From positions 81,331 to 145,330 of the IMG/VR virus record IMGVR_UViG_3300028886_000003: DNA of 64,000 nt, one strand, 5' to 3'. The notes below the pieces were generated by a model. It did no database searches. It was not told the origin of the DNA and worked only from the letters and a program-made list of their open reading frames with translations. Source of the stretch: a virus. Lineage: Duplodnaviria; Caudoviricetes. Each line of letters starts with the position of its first letter. Position 1 is the first letter of the stretch. Position numbers and translations under genes: made by a program. Shown one piece after another: positions 8,041 through 18,018 of this stretch.

Positions 8041-8383
8041 GATCACCCACCTGCCATAATTCTTCACTATTGATGAAACTATATAGTGTATTATCTGAAT
8101 GATATGGTGAATAACGAGGGCTAGTTTTCATATAAACAGGTAATATTCCAGACCCAAAACTTTCTGTCACATCAAGTAAAACTAACTTACCTAATAAATT
8201 TTCTGTCTTTTCTACACCATATTCTTTTTTGATACTGCGTGTTTTTGTATCGCTAAATAAAAGATGGTTATACCAACCATCCATATCTAATATACAAATA
8301 TCATAAAAATAAAGTCCATTTGTTTTATTTTTTGATATGTATGTTATTTTTCCTGCTGTCCATTTTTTTTCCATTACGATCAT
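8030..8383 (-). CDS. hypothetical protein
   Basis: ORF track. Confidence 0.5.
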   Translation of the reverse strand: MIVMEKKWTAGKITYISKNKTNGLYFYDICILDMDGWYNHLLFSDTKTRSIKKEYGVEKTENLLGKLVLLDVTESFGSGILPVYMKTSPRYSPYHSDNTLYSFINSEELWQVGDRGY

Positions 8384-8462
8384 CTCATTATTATTGCTAA
8401 AAAGAGGATAAATAAAGCGAAAATTATCCCCATATATCCTAATAAGATTTGAAGTGAATACA

Positions 8463-9386
8463 TTATTTGGGTAACCATTTAAAATCTCCTGCTCTTTCTT
8501 TTACTTGATCTAGTGTTGGCATATTTGTTTGACAACCTTCTTTTTGTACAATAAAAGAGGCAACCGCTGATCCAAATATTGCACATTCTTCTATTGGCGC
8601 TCCATTAATAAGAGCATATAAAAATCCTGCTTGGTAAGAATCTCCAGCACCTGTTGGATCAACAGCATCAACTTCAAAAGGTCTAGTATTCCAATGACTT
8701 TCTTCATCTTTGGAAAATATAGTTGAACCTTTTTTTCCTAATGTTTTTACTACGTATTCTACACCAAGCTCAAATGGGTGTTGTTTTAATTTTTCATTCA
8801 TAGTGTAAAATTCATTTTCATTACAAAATAATATATCTACACCTTGTAAAACATCTGATAATTGTTCAGAACTATATGAATGTAATGCTTGCCCAGGATT
8901 AAAAGATACTATAATGTTATCATCCATACCTGTGTATTCTGTGCATTTTTTAGCATATGTTGGAGGTACTGTTGTAATATGTACCACTTCTGATTTATCA
9001 ATGCATTCTTTTGGAACAGGTGCTTTATTAAAATATTCAGATGCTCCTTCTGATATGTAACTTTTTTGAACTCCTTCTGAATCTGTAAATACAAAACATT
9101 CACTTGTTAAATCGGAAACAATTTTTAAATTTGCTAGACAATTATCATCATATTTCATATAATTGAAATAAACTGTATCTACAAAATCATAGCCAACAGG
9201 ACTATATAATCCTGTTTCTGCTCCTAACCTTGATGCAACAAGAGCTACATTTGCCCCTGTTCCACCATGATATCTATTATATTTTTGTATTTTTTGCGGA
9301 GAACCTTCATCTGCAAATTTTTCAACATTAATAATGTGATCAAAGTTTGTATGCCCAATTGAAAATATTTCATACATTATTATCAC
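8463..9386 (-). CDS. PfkB/ribokinase-family kinase (archaeal nucleoside kinase-like)
   Basis: GGTGANVA..ASRLG, FNPGQ, FCNENE, VKTLGKKGS, DPTGAGDSY signatures. Confidence 0.9.
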   Translation of the reverse strand: MIIMYEIFSIGHTNFDHIINVEKFADEGSPQKIQKYNRYHGGTGANVALVASRLGAETGLYSPVGYDFVDTVYFNYMKYDDNCLANLKIVSDLTSECFVFTDSEGVQKSYISEGASEYFNKAPVPKECIDKSEVVHITTVPPTYAKKCTEYTGMDDNIIVSFNPGQALHSYSSEQLSDVLQGVDILFCNENEFYTMNEKLKQHPFELGVEYVVKTLGKKGSTIFSKDEESHWNTRPFEVDAVDPTGAGDSYQAGFLYALINGAPIEECAIFGSAVASFIVQKEGCQTNMPTLDQVKERAGDFKWLPK

Positions 9387-9600
9387 TTCGTTTAATTAAT
9401 TTTTTTAATTGATGAACTAAATTATTGTATTTTCTATTTGCTTCCGCGGTAAGATAAATTTGATGATTTAGAAAATTAAGCCATTCTGTTGCTTTCTCTG
9501 GTTCATCTAATTTAAACATTATTGGATCTAATTCTTTATGTAAATCATGTATGTATATAGCATAATCTGTAGCTTCAAGATAGAAACGTTTTGATTTCAT
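9370..9600 (-). CDS. MTENKRF-like family protein
   Basis: MKSKRF start, ..LNFLN.. coiled coil. Confidence 0.55.
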   Translation of the reverse strand: MKSKRFYLEATDYAIYIHDLHKELDPIMFKLDEPEKATEWLNFLNHQIYLTAEANRKYNNLVHQLKKLIKRSDNNV

Positions 9601-9602
9601 TT

Positions 9603-10073
9603 TTAACCTCCTTCTTCGTTATTTTCTTCTTCATCATTAAGATTTATTTTAAAGTCTTGGACTGGAATTTCATGTCTATTACCATCATCATCGGTAACTG
9701 ATAGTGATGCATCATAATGTCCAAATAAAACACTTGGTTCATCATCTTCTTCGTTATTAAATAAATCTTCGAATCCATTAGGGACAACAGTATCGGATGG
9801 TACAATGTCTTTTGATGAAGGTGTTCCTGCAGAAAGTATTTTTTTTAATAACTGAAGAAAAGTGTGATCATGTTTTAGTTTAATTGCTAATACATCTTGT
9901 CCTCCTATTTCACCATATCCACACTCAATGTCATCAATAGGAATTTTATGTTCTCCGTCATCATAAAATAATACTAAATTATCAACATTGTATTCTTCTG
10001 ATGCTTCTGCTAGTCCTTCTTTTATTGTATCTAATACTTCAAAAAAATCTTTTAGTTTCATCATATATATCAC
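9603..10073 (-). CDS. acidic hypothetical protein
   Basis: ORF with internal repeat DDG..H.IP. Confidence 0.55.
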   Translation of the reverse strand: MIYMMKLKDFFEVLDTIKEGLAEASEEYNVDNLVLFYDDGEHKIPIDDIECGYGEIGGQDVLAIKLKHDHTFLQLLKKILSAGTPSSKDIVPSDTVVPNGFEDLFNNEEDDEPSVLFGHYDASLSVTDDDGNRHEIPVQDFKINLNDEEENNEEGG

Positions 10074-10379
10074 CTATATGTAATGTGGACAAATTGAGTC
10101 TAAAACAGGGGTTTTATGGTTAAAATTACATATTAATTTACCATCTCTGGTCCATGTGGTACGTCCACAGTTACCACAGCAACGAGCATTGCAATTCATT
10201 TGTTCAACTTCATCTATAAATTCTGATAAATTAGAGAGTTGAGTTTCTCGTTCATCTATTCTTTTTATATCTAAATATTCTCTTTCTACTTTGTCGAAAA
10301 AGTTTACATGTTGTTGAGCGTCCCATATGTGGAAAAATACTGCTTCAACATTATTCTTGTACAAAACTACATAAATCAT
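10074..10379 (-). CDS. hypothetical protein with C-terminal Cys cluster
   Basis: CCGNC...C...C; follows the promoter at 10415-10439. Confidence 0.55.
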   Translation of the reverse strand: MIYVVLYKNNVEAVFFHIWDAQQHVNFFDKVEREYLDIKRIDERETQLSNLSEFIDEVEQMNCNARCCGNCGRTTWTRDGKLICNFNHKTPVLDSICPHYI

Positions 10380-10414
10380 TTTATCACCTCATTGTTTTGT
10401 AATTATAATTTTAA

Positions 10415-10439
10415 TTAAACTCATATATAAATGTTTCTA
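10415..10439 (-). promoter_or_regulatory. viral promoter (25-bp exact repeat with 21388-21412)
   Basis: TAGAAACATTTATATATGAGTTTAA: BRE + TATA upstream of an RBS. Confidence 0.65.
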
Positions 10440-10742
10440 TTATATTTCTTTTTTAGGTATAGCTACAATAGATAGAAATGGATCATCGTGTAAATATGGT
10501 GATTCATCTATTTCAAAATGAATCTCGTAATAGTAAGAAAGTATGAATATTGCTTCATCTTCTGATATTTGATCTCGATCCATTATTTTATTAATAAGTT
10601 GCCTGTAACATTCTTTATATGCATCGTAAACTATTTTATTATACCTATCTTGAAAATGTGAAAGGTATCTTGGATGTATTTCTGATTCAATACGTTCTGC
10701 TTGAAGTTTCATTTTTATCACACCCTTTGTGATTGTACACAC
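10440..10742 (-). CDS. hypothetical protein
   Basis: ORF track; likely start MKLQAE. Confidence 0.5.
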   Translation of the reverse strand: MCTITKGVIKMKLQAERIESEIHPRYLSHFQDRYNKIVYDAYKECYRQLINKIMDRDQISEDEAIFILSYYYEIHFEIDESPYLHDDPFLSIVAIPKKEI

Positions 10743-10923
10743 TTAATTAACTGATGCTCTAATTCCTTATTATTGTCATAAAGTTTATTAAGTTCATAAG
10801 TGATTATTTGAGCATCTGTTTTATATTTAAGCCCACCAATAATAAGTAAACCATTAGGATCACGTATTGAATATTCACCAATAACATTAGTTACAACTTT
10901 ATATTCTTTTATATCCATATTTT

Positions 10924-11268
10924 TTACTCCTTATATTCTTTTAAATAATCAACATATTGGAATATGCTATCTTTATGGTAAACTTCTTCTCTTAATTTCT
11001 TTAAGCATTCTTCTTCAAGCAAATATTTGTCATCTTTTGTTTTTCTATATTTTGCTTGACAGTACCATATTTTAAATTGTAATAATTCGGTTAAGTAATC
11101 AGAATCATATCCATTATTATTTAAAACTTCAACAATTTCTTCTGCATTATATGCCATGTCTAAATTCTGATTATATACTGATGTATTGTCTTTAAATGCT
11201 CTATCGTCGCTACATCTTTCGCACTCTACTACTACAAAACGATCTCTTCTTGGCTTCCAATATTTCAT
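10924..11268 (-). CDS. MTENKRF-family protein (ECxxCSDD type)
   Basis: N-terminal module near-identical to that of 11825-12205. Confidence 0.6.
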   Translation of the reverse strand: MKYWKPRRDRFVVVECERCSDDRAFKDNTSVYNQNLDMAYNAEEIVEVLNNNGYDSDYLTELLQFKIWYCQAKYRKTKDDKYLLEEECLKKLREEVYHKDSIFQYVDYLKEYKE

Positions 11269-11453
11269 TTTTTATACACCACCTTTTCTTATATAATCCA
11301 TTTTCTCTTTAAACATTTTATCTTTAATTTCCAAATATGCAGTATTACCATATTTTAATCGTAATTCTGCTTCTTTTAGTGTATTTGCTTCTTTAAGTTC
11401 ACTTGTTATTTCTCTTATAACATCAGCAGTATCTCTTGAAATCTCTATGCGCA

Positions 11454-11822
11454 TCATTCTAAATCCTCCTCATCTAAAATTTTAAAAAAATCCATAGTAT
11501 CATCTAAATCACTAATCAATTGATCAAGTGTGGCTACTCCACTAAAATCATTATTTACAAAACAATCCTCTCTAAATGAACCAATTATTTTAAACAAAAG
11601 CTGTATATTTTTTTGATTATCTTTTTTTAATCGCTCATTCTCTTCCATCAAATACTTGTTATGTTCTTCAAATCTTTTAGTTTGATTCCACAAGCTATTA
11701 CATAACTCAATAACCTCATCAAAATAATCAACATAATAGGTTTTTTTTGTAAGATTATCAGTAAAACTTTGATCTTCAATCGCTTCAAAACCATCATCAA
11801 CAAATCGTTCATTTTCACTCAT
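11454..11822 (-). CDS. MTENKRF-family protein
   Basis: MSENERF...EENERLKKDN. Confidence 0.6.
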   Translation of the reverse strand: MSENERFVDDGFEAIEDQSFTDNLTKKTYYVDYFDEVIELCNSLWNQTKRFEEHNKYLMEENERLKKDNQKNIQLLFKIIGSFREDCFVNNDFSGVATLDQLISDLDDTMDFFKILDEEDLE

Positions 11823-11824
11823 TA

Positions 11825-12205
11825 TTACAACTCCTTTTTTAAATTTTTTAATGTATTAATACTGTGAATTATATTGTGCATAGGACACATTCCATTTTTT
11901 TGACCGAAATCATACTTTCTTTGAAGTTTATCAATATTTTTATCAATAATGTTAAATACTCTATCTTTGAATTCTTTGTTTTCTTTTTCAAGATTGAAAT
12001 TCTCGATAACTATTTCATCAGTATTGTTTAAAATTTCAACAATATCATCAATACTATATGCAAAACCTAATCTTTGGTTATACACACATTTATTGTTCTG
12101 AAAAGCCTTATCATCAGAACATTCTTTACATTCCATTACTATGAATCGTGGTTCACTAGAATTCCATCTAATATTATACAATTCATTTATATTTTTTTCA
12201 GTCAT
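11825..12205 (-). CDS. MTENKRF-family protein (ECxxCSDD type)
   Basis: MTEKN...RFIVMECKECSDD...LKKEL. Confidence 0.6.
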   Translation of the reverse strand: MTEKNINELYNIRWNSSEPRFIVMECKECSDDKAFQNNKCVYNQRLGFAYSIDDIVEILNNTDEIVIENFNLEKENKEFKDRVFNIIDKNIDKLQRKYDFGQKNGMCPMHNIIHSINTLKNLKKEL

Positions 12206-12401
12206 TCTTTTATCTCCTTTATTTCTAATGTCACTTGAAATGTTTTTCCAGTTTTTTCGCCAGTAAATTCAAATGTTCTCTTACAAATCCTTAATCTGCT
12301 TTCTTTATCTAAATCCCTAATTGCTCCTCTGTGTATTTGATGAATTGCAGATTTTAAACATTGCAAGTCATAATAATTTAAATCTATCAAATTTTTATCA
12401 G

Positions 12402-12647
12402 TCATTCATATCCCTCAAAACTTTTAGTTTTATCACCCAAGACTTCAATATGTCTTAATCTTTTATTAGGTTTAGGAATTTCGTTTTTAGTTTTCTTTTT
12501 TAACTGTTCACTTTCTTCATGTAATTTATTCATTTCATCACAATATTTCTGTTGCTGTTCTTTACTCGGCCATACTGTTACTGGTATGATACCAAGAGTA
12601 TCTTCAACCATATCTCCATATATTTGAAATCGTTTATTTTTAGTCAT
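12402..12647 (-). CDS. MTENKRF-family protein
   Basis: True start MTKNKRF after GAGGAG RBS. Confidence 0.6.
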   Translation of the reverse strand: MTKNKRFQIYGDMVEDTLGIIPVTVWPSKEQQQKYCDEMNKLHEESEQLKKKTKNEIPKPNKRLRHIEVLGDKTKSFEGYE

Positions 12648-12648
12648 T

Positions 12649-12801
12649 CTAAATCTCCTCAAACATATCACATTCAAATACTTCGTCACAATCAATTCCC
12701 TTTTTTATAGAACACCAAGTATCCACTTCTCTATCAGATACCCAAGTACCTTTTTGATGTTTACAATCAATACATAAACTATATTCTCGTTTTTTAGTCA
12801 T
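12649..12801 (-). CDS. 50-aa Cys4 zinc-finger-like cassette protein
   Basis: Manual: MTKKREYSLCIDCKHQKG...WCSIKKGIDCDEVFECDMFEEI. Confidence 0.55.
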   Translation of the reverse strand: MTKKREYSLCIDCKHQKGTWVSDREVDTWCSIKKGIDCDEVFECDMFEEI

Positions 12802-13022
12802 TCTAATTCCTCAATATTTTCTTTTAATTCATCATAATTATAAATAAATATACTACCAAATTGACAATAATACTCCATATCATCTCCAAACTCATCTTGG
12901 AGCTTTTCCCAGTCTTCTAAAGGTGTTGCATGAATACATGATTCTAATTTATATTCATCTTCAAAAAACCATAATACATATTTTTCATTATTTATTTCAA
13001 CAATTGAATCTATTAATTTCAT
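12798..13022 (-). CDS. hypothetical protein
   Basis: ORF with AGGTG RBS, ATGA overlap. Confidence 0.55.
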   Translation of the reverse strand: MKLIDSIVEINNEKYVLWFFEDEYKLESCIHATPLEDWEKLQDEFGDDMEYYCQFGSIFIYNYDELKENIEELE

Positions 13023-13026
13023 TTTT

Positions 13027-13335
13027 CTAACACCTGCCTATACTTATACCTAAAGCAATACCCACACACATCATTCCTAATATTTGCTGAATAACATATT
13101 CTTTAGTTAAAGGGAAGAATATCCCCCATAATATTAATCCTAAAGCTATTAAAACTATAATCAAACGAATTGTAAGCTTCATTCTTTCAGCTTTTTTATT
13201 TCTTTTATTCTCGTCATTTAATTCATTTATAACATCTACCAATTCATCTTCACCTATAGGACTAAACTCATATTCTCTATCGTTAATTCCAGTTTCATCA
13301 AGATAAAATCGTTTATTTTTACTCATTTTTATCAC
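13027..13335 (-). CDS. MTENKRF-family protein fused to two TM helices
   Basis: MSKNKRF...VDVINELNDEN followed by a hydrophobic hairpin. Confidence 0.6.
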   Translation of the reverse strand: MIKMSKNKRFYLDETGINDREYEFSPIGEDELVDVINELNDENKRNKKAERMKLTIRLIIVLIALGLILWGIFFPLTKEYVIQQILGMMCVGIALGISIGRC

Positions 13336-13511
13336 TCCATTTTCTTATCAAATGTCTTAAAAATGCTTCTTCATCACTAATCATTGGTTCTTGATTCATC
13401 ATTTGTTCAAGTATTTCTTCTCTTGTAGGTTTTTCTCCATTATCTATATATAGTATACTCATATGTTTTGCCCAAGTAGGAAATTGTCTTTCATTCATTC
13501 TTTTAACTCCT

Positions 13512-13763
13512 TCATATTTCATTTATACTTATACCTAAATCTTTAAGAACATCAACATAAATACTAATCAATTCATTAGCATCTACTAATTGCTCTTTTA
13601 ATTGTTCATTCTCATTAACAATTTTATTAATCTCGTTACACAATTGCTGTGAATCATATTTTCTTTTACCATATTTTTTGCCAGTAGCATTATCTACAAT
13701 CCCATAATGATTACTTCCAATTGGTATATCATGTTTTACTTCAAATCGTTTATCTTCGGCCAT
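13512..13763 (-). CDS. MTENKRF-family protein
   Basis: MAEDKRF...NENEQLKEQL. Confidence 0.6.
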   Translation of the reverse strand: MAEDKRFEVKHDIPIGSNHYGIVDNATGKKYGKRKYDSQQLCNEINKIVNENEQLKEQLVDANELISIYVDVLKDLGISINEI

Positions 13764-13895
13764 TTATAACCACTTCTTTCTGAATTTGTTACAAGTTTTA
13801 CCACTGTAGGACACCTGAATATTCCGTAGAGGACAATAAAAATTATAATAATATATACATTGACCACAAGTACGAGTTTGTTTATTTTCAGTCAT
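13764..13895 (-). CDS. 43-aa Cys4 zinc-finger-like cassette protein
   Basis: Manual: MTENKQTRTCGQCIYYYNFYCPLRNIQVSYSGKTCNKFRKKWL. Confidence 0.55.
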   Translation of the reverse strand: MTENKQTRTCGQCIYYYNFYCPLRNIQVSYSGKTCNKFRKKWL

Positions 13896-14292
13896 TCTTT
13901 TCCCTCATTAACTTTTTAAATGGATCTGAAAGTTTATACCCTTGTTCTTGTGCAATATCTAACTCATGTAACAATATACTATTAAAAGATGAATTATTAC
14001 AAGCAATTGACTTCCAACGTTCTTTTTCTTTTTTTAATTCTATTAATGCTTGATTTTGTCTATCGAGTTGCTCATCTTTCTCATTATCAAGTGCTTCCCA
14101 GTTTTGTACTAATAATTTTAATGAATTATTTGTCATTTTTAACTCATCATTCTTATTCAACAAATCTGTCACTTCTCTATAGGTCATACGCTCTCCATCG
14201 CAAAAAATCTCACACTCATTATCTTCTAAATCCTTAAAACCACAAGGATAATCTGCAATAAATGTATGAACAGTAAATCGTTTTTTAATCAT
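13888..14292 (-). CDS. MTENKRF-family coiled-coil protein
   Basis: MIKKRF...EVTDLLNKNDELK. Confidence 0.6.
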   Translation of the reverse strand: MIKKRFTVHTFIADYPCGFKDLEDNECEIFCDGERMTYREVTDLLNKNDELKMTNNSLKLLVQNWEALDNEKDEQLDRQNQALIELKKEKERWKSIACNNSSFNSILLHELDIAQEQGYKLSDPFKKLMREKND

Positions 14293-14298
14293 CCTAAA

Positions 14299-14616
14299 TC
14301 ACCATGCTTTACAAAGTTTTTCAATAGTTTGTTTTAAATTCTCATTCTCTTTTTCCAATCTGTCCACCTTACAACCATACTTGATACATAATTTATTTAA
14401 TTTTTTATTTGCTCTTTTTAATTTATCGATTTCATTATTTTCTAACTCTTTAATTTCTTTTTTTAATTTTAATCCTTTTTCAAATTCGGCATCAAGTAAT
14501 GAATGAATATAATCCCTATCATTTTCTAGTTCGGCATAAGATAATCTTAACTTAGATAATTCAATACTTAATCGATTATATTCTGTTTTATAATCTATTG
14601 CTTTATCATTATTCAT
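14299..14616 (-). CDS. coiled-coil protein
   Basis: Heptad pattern, ENENLKQ. Confidence 0.55.
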   Translation of the reverse strand: MNNDKAIDYKTEYNRLSIELSKLRLSYAELENDRDYIHSLLDAEFEKGLKLKKEIKELENNEIDKLKRANKKLNKLCIKYGCKVDRLEKENENLKQTIEKLCKAW

Positions 14617-14954
14617 TCTTCCAACTCCTTTTTCAATTCTTCTAATAATTCAATTTCGTCATATATGATACTGGATGGCATTCCAGCCCTTACAGCACTA
14701 CTATAAGCTTCTTCATGTTTCTTTATTTTTCTATTTATTAAATTAAATACTTTATCTAACTCTTCTTGTAAATATTTATTAGATTGTTTTAATTCTTCAA
14801 TCTCTTCATTACATGCATCAATTACCCAATCTTTGTCATTTAGCATATTAACTACTTGTTCAACACTGCAAGATTGTTCGAACTCTGTATCCCAAACCAC
14901 TTGATCGTATTCATCGAATCCTTTAACCTTAAATCGTTCGTTTTCAATCATCAT
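14613..14954 (-). CDS. MTENKRF-family protein
   Basis: True start MMIENERF after GGAGGT RBS; C-module shared with 11825-12205. Confidence 0.6.
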   Translation of the reverse strand: MMIENERFKVKGFDEYDQVVWDTEFEQSCSVEQVVNMLNDKDWVIDACNEEIEELKQSNKYLQEELDKVFNLINRKIKKHEEAYSSAVRAGMPSSIIYDEIELLEELKKELEE

Positions 14955-15198
14955 AGATACCTCCTGAAGTATAATCTCTTTTTGCTTTATAAAATTGATT
15001 ATACATCTTATTCCATCTTCCTTTATCTTCATAGTACCATATTAACTCAATTACCATTTTTCTCCAATATTCTGCTTCATTTAATAAATTAACAATTTCG
15101 CCATAAGTTATCCATTGTCCATTGTCCGCAATTTCTTCACACCCAATACCATCATCAATATCAGGTTCTCTTAATGTAAATCGTTTATTTTCAGTCAT
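14944..15198 (-). CDS. MTENKRF-family protein
   Basis: MTENKRF...EIVNLLNE. Confidence 0.62.
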   Translation of the reverse strand: MTENKRFTLREPDIDDGIGCEEIADNGQWITYGEIVNLLNEAEYWRKMVIELIWYYEDKGRWNKMYNQFYKAKRDYTSGGIYDD

Positions 15199-15476
15199 TC
15201 TAAATCAACTCCTAATTCATCTGCAATATTGTGTATTGCTTCTGTTACATCACCATATGGTTGGTTTAATAGCAATACTCTTTCTATATAATAATCCAAT
15301 TGTTTTTTTAAGACTTTTTTTACTTGTGTCTGTTGTTTTATGTCTTCTTCATTTAACTCATTCAAGAGTTTTATTAGCAAATCAACATCACCATTGCTAA
15401 TTATCCAACTCCTTACTAATTTTAAATCAACAATAGTATTCCCATCATATTTAACAAATCTTTTATTTTCAGTCAT
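15195..15476 (-). CDS. MTENKRF-family protein
   Basis: True start MTENKRF; LLNELNEE. Confidence 0.62.
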   Translation of the reverse strand: MTENKRFVKYDGNTIVDLKLVRSWIISNGDVDLLIKLLNELNEEDIKQQTQVKKVLKKQLDYYIERVLLLNQPYGDVTEAIHNIADELGVDLE

Positions 15477-15746
15477 TATAATCAACTCCAAAATTTACCC
15501 CATGTTCTTTCAAAAGTTTTATTGTCTTGAACTGAACTAACTGGATTTCGTTTATTCCTACCTGAACGAATATTATGCAGCTTCATTCTAACAGGACAAT
15601 ACATACTTCTTGTACTCACTCTTTTTAAATCTTTAAAAGAATAATGAAACAATTGTGATTTCCAAATGCTTTTTATCGGATTTAAGGGATTACTATAATA
15701 TCTTTGATGTTTTGAAAATTTTGGCATCCATGTATAAGTCATTCTT

Positions 15747-16139
15747 TCACCACGCAGTAAACCATTCTGCATTTCGTATATCCATTCCATGAGATTCTTT
15801 ATAATCTTTGCAAATACTTCCAATAATTTGTTTTAATTGTTCATTTTCTTCTTTTAGCTCTTCATTCTCATTATATAAGTCATAAACTAAATCAGATATT
15901 CTTTCTAAATCTATTCCTTTACCTCTTTTCATACCTCTGTCAAATTCTTTGAATGTTAATTTTTCAGTATCTAATGTATCTTTCATGTATCTATCTGTTT
16001 GACAAACGGCACAGTAACATTGATAAACATTATGTTCATGTTTTGCTAATACCCTCATAGGATATTTACATACTGGACATGTCATTCTTATTAATTCGTT
16101 ATTTTCATCCATATTGACCTCAACATATCTACCAGTCAT
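15747..16139 (-). CDS. zinc-ribbon plus coiled-coil protein (MTENKRF array)
   Basis: CPVC...CAVC; ENEELKEENEQLKQ. Confidence 0.6.
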   Translation of the reverse strand: MTGRYVEVNMDENNELIRMTCPVCKYPMRVLAKHEHNVYQCYCAVCQTDRYMKDTLDTEKLTFKEFDRGMKRGKGIDLERISDLVYDLYNENEELKEENEQLKQIIGSICKDYKESHGMDIRNAEWFTAW

Positions 16140-16450
16140 TCTTTACACTCCTTAACTTCAAAATCTCCACAAAATGCCAAATCTATCTTCGAACATTCCT
16201 CATGTCCTTTTTTACACTCTGAAACATAATACTTACCATTTTTAACAAGGTATTCATGTTTACATATATCACAAACACCATCACCATGCAACAATTGTGT
16301 TTTTAACTTCTGATTTTCTTTTTTTAACTGCTCATTCTCATTCAACAAATCAACAACTTCTTTATTTGTTAAAGGAACACCATTACAGAAAAAACTACCT
16401 ATATAATGATTCTTTGAAGCAACAAGATATGTAAATCTTTTTTCAGTCAT
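16136..16450 (-). CDS. MTENKRF-family protein with Cys-rich C-module
   Basis: MTEKRF...VVDLLNENEQLK...CDICKH...CKKGH. Confidence 0.62.
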   Translation of the reverse strand: MTEKRFTYLVASKNHYIGSFFCNGVPLTNKEVVDLLNENEQLKKENQKLKTQLLHGDGVCDICKHEYLVKNGKYYVSECKKGHEECSKIDLAFCGDFEVKECKE

Positions 16451-16785
16451 TCTTTCACCCTTTCCAACATTTCGTTTAAATCTTCTATTTCATAATCCTT
16501 ACACTCTTTAATCTCACAACATTCATCAGCAGGGTGTCCTTTTAAACATTCAAAATTCCCCTCATGTCCGAAAAAATCGTTAGTTATCCAATATTTTCCA
16601 TGTTTACAGTTTTCACAGATTTCATTAAAACACTTGAATTTTATTATTTCTTTTAACACTTCATTCTCTTTTTTTAACTGCTCATATTCATCAATTAATT
16701 CTTTAAATTCATTTTCATAAACATAGATTAAATCATCTTCATTTACTTTACTAACTGTACCATCATCATCAAATTGCAACATCAT
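16447..16785 (-). CDS. coiled-coil plus Cys-rich module protein
   Basis: EQLKKEN...CENCKH...CLKGH, paralogous to 16136-16450. Confidence 0.6.
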   Translation of the reverse strand: MMLQFDDDGTVSKVNEDDLIYVYENEFKELIDEYEQLKKENEVLKEIIKFKCFNEICENCKHGKYWITNDFFGHEGNFECLKGHPADECCEIKECKDYEIEDLNEMLERVKE

Positions 16786-17081
16786 TAAATAAGCCCCCTA
16801 ATGATTTTCATATATTCAGACATAATTTCATTGTCTATTGGTTCTTCTACTTCATTAAACAATTTATTCAATCGGTTAAAATTCTCATTTAATGATTCGA
16901 TTTTCATTCTTAATCTTTGATTATCTTTTCGTAATTGTTCATTTTCATCTACAAGTTTTTCTAATGTAATTACATAATAATTTAAAAGATTAACCACTTC
17001 TTCAACTGTATCAAAATTATCAAGTGTAACTTTGTCAATTAAAGTACCTGCATCATCAACCATATACCTTTCAGCACTCAT
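16785..17081 (-). CDS. MTENKRF-family protein
   Basis: MSAERY...EEVVNLLN...ENEQLRKDN. Confidence 0.6.
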   Translation of the reverse strand: MSAERYMVDDAGTLIDKVTLDNFDTVEEVVNLLNYYVITLEKLVDENEQLRKDNQRLRMKIESLNENFNRLNKLFNEVEEPIDNEIMSEYMKIIRGLI

Positions 17082-17780
17082 TCTTCTAACTCCTTGACAT
17101 CTAAAAATTCAAATTCAACAGATTTAAACCAATCATCACAATCATCTTTTACTGCTCCAAGATAGTTGTCCATTGTTTGCATAACTGCATTTTCCTCATC
17201 AGTATCTTCAAATACTACTTTGAAACTACCAGTAATCATATATTCAGTCATTCTTCCACATCCAAGTCCATTTCATTAACCATCATCATACCTACACTAC
17301 AGTTCTCTCTCTGATCTGCATAATACTCCATTGCTTCTAATGAAAACCCTTGCTCATATATTTCTTCTGTTTCATTATCATACACTACAAACACAGGAAC
17401 TAAACCATCTTCACACATTTTAAAATTCCTCCCTTTCATAATATTCAAAATCGCACATAGATTCTCCAGTACAGTCTGTAAAAAACATATCTATATGCTC
17501 TAATGTTTTTTCACAAAAATCAAACATCTGATATTTACAATTATGACAACCATCATACGATTTATTTATTTCACTCATTATTTCACCCTAAACTCATCTA
17601 TAGCATCACATAAATTATGATATTCATCTCTTAACCATTTTCTATCATATTCGACTTGTGCTTGTAAATGTTCTATTTCATCAAAAAATAATTTTGCATT
17701 TCTTAATTGACTTTCATGTGCAACTACATTTGTAAATGCTCGACAATATTTGATACAAGCATTATATAAATCTAAATCAT

Positions 17781-18008
17781 TCATTTTATTACCTCCTTTT
17801 GCCCCATTGATTCTAATTCATTAAGGCGATCTTTAATTTGTTTTACAATTTTATGCATATCATAATCTTCTTGAGAAGCTTCATTTAGCAAATTAATAAT
17901 CTCATACAAGTTTAATTTTAATTCTTTTCCTTCAAGATTATCATAAATAACTGCTTTTAGCTCATGAAAATGATATTCCCTTAGATCATATCGTTTCTTT
18001 TTATCCAT
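17781..18008 (-). CDS. MTENKRF-family protein
   Basis: True start MDKKKRY after AGGTG RBS; EIINLLNE. Confidence 0.55.
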   Translation of the reverse strand: MDKKKRYDLREYHFHELKAVIYDNLEGKELKLNLYEIINLLNEASQEDYDMHKIVKQIKDRLNELESMGQKEVIK

Positions 18009-18018
18009 TTTAAAACAC

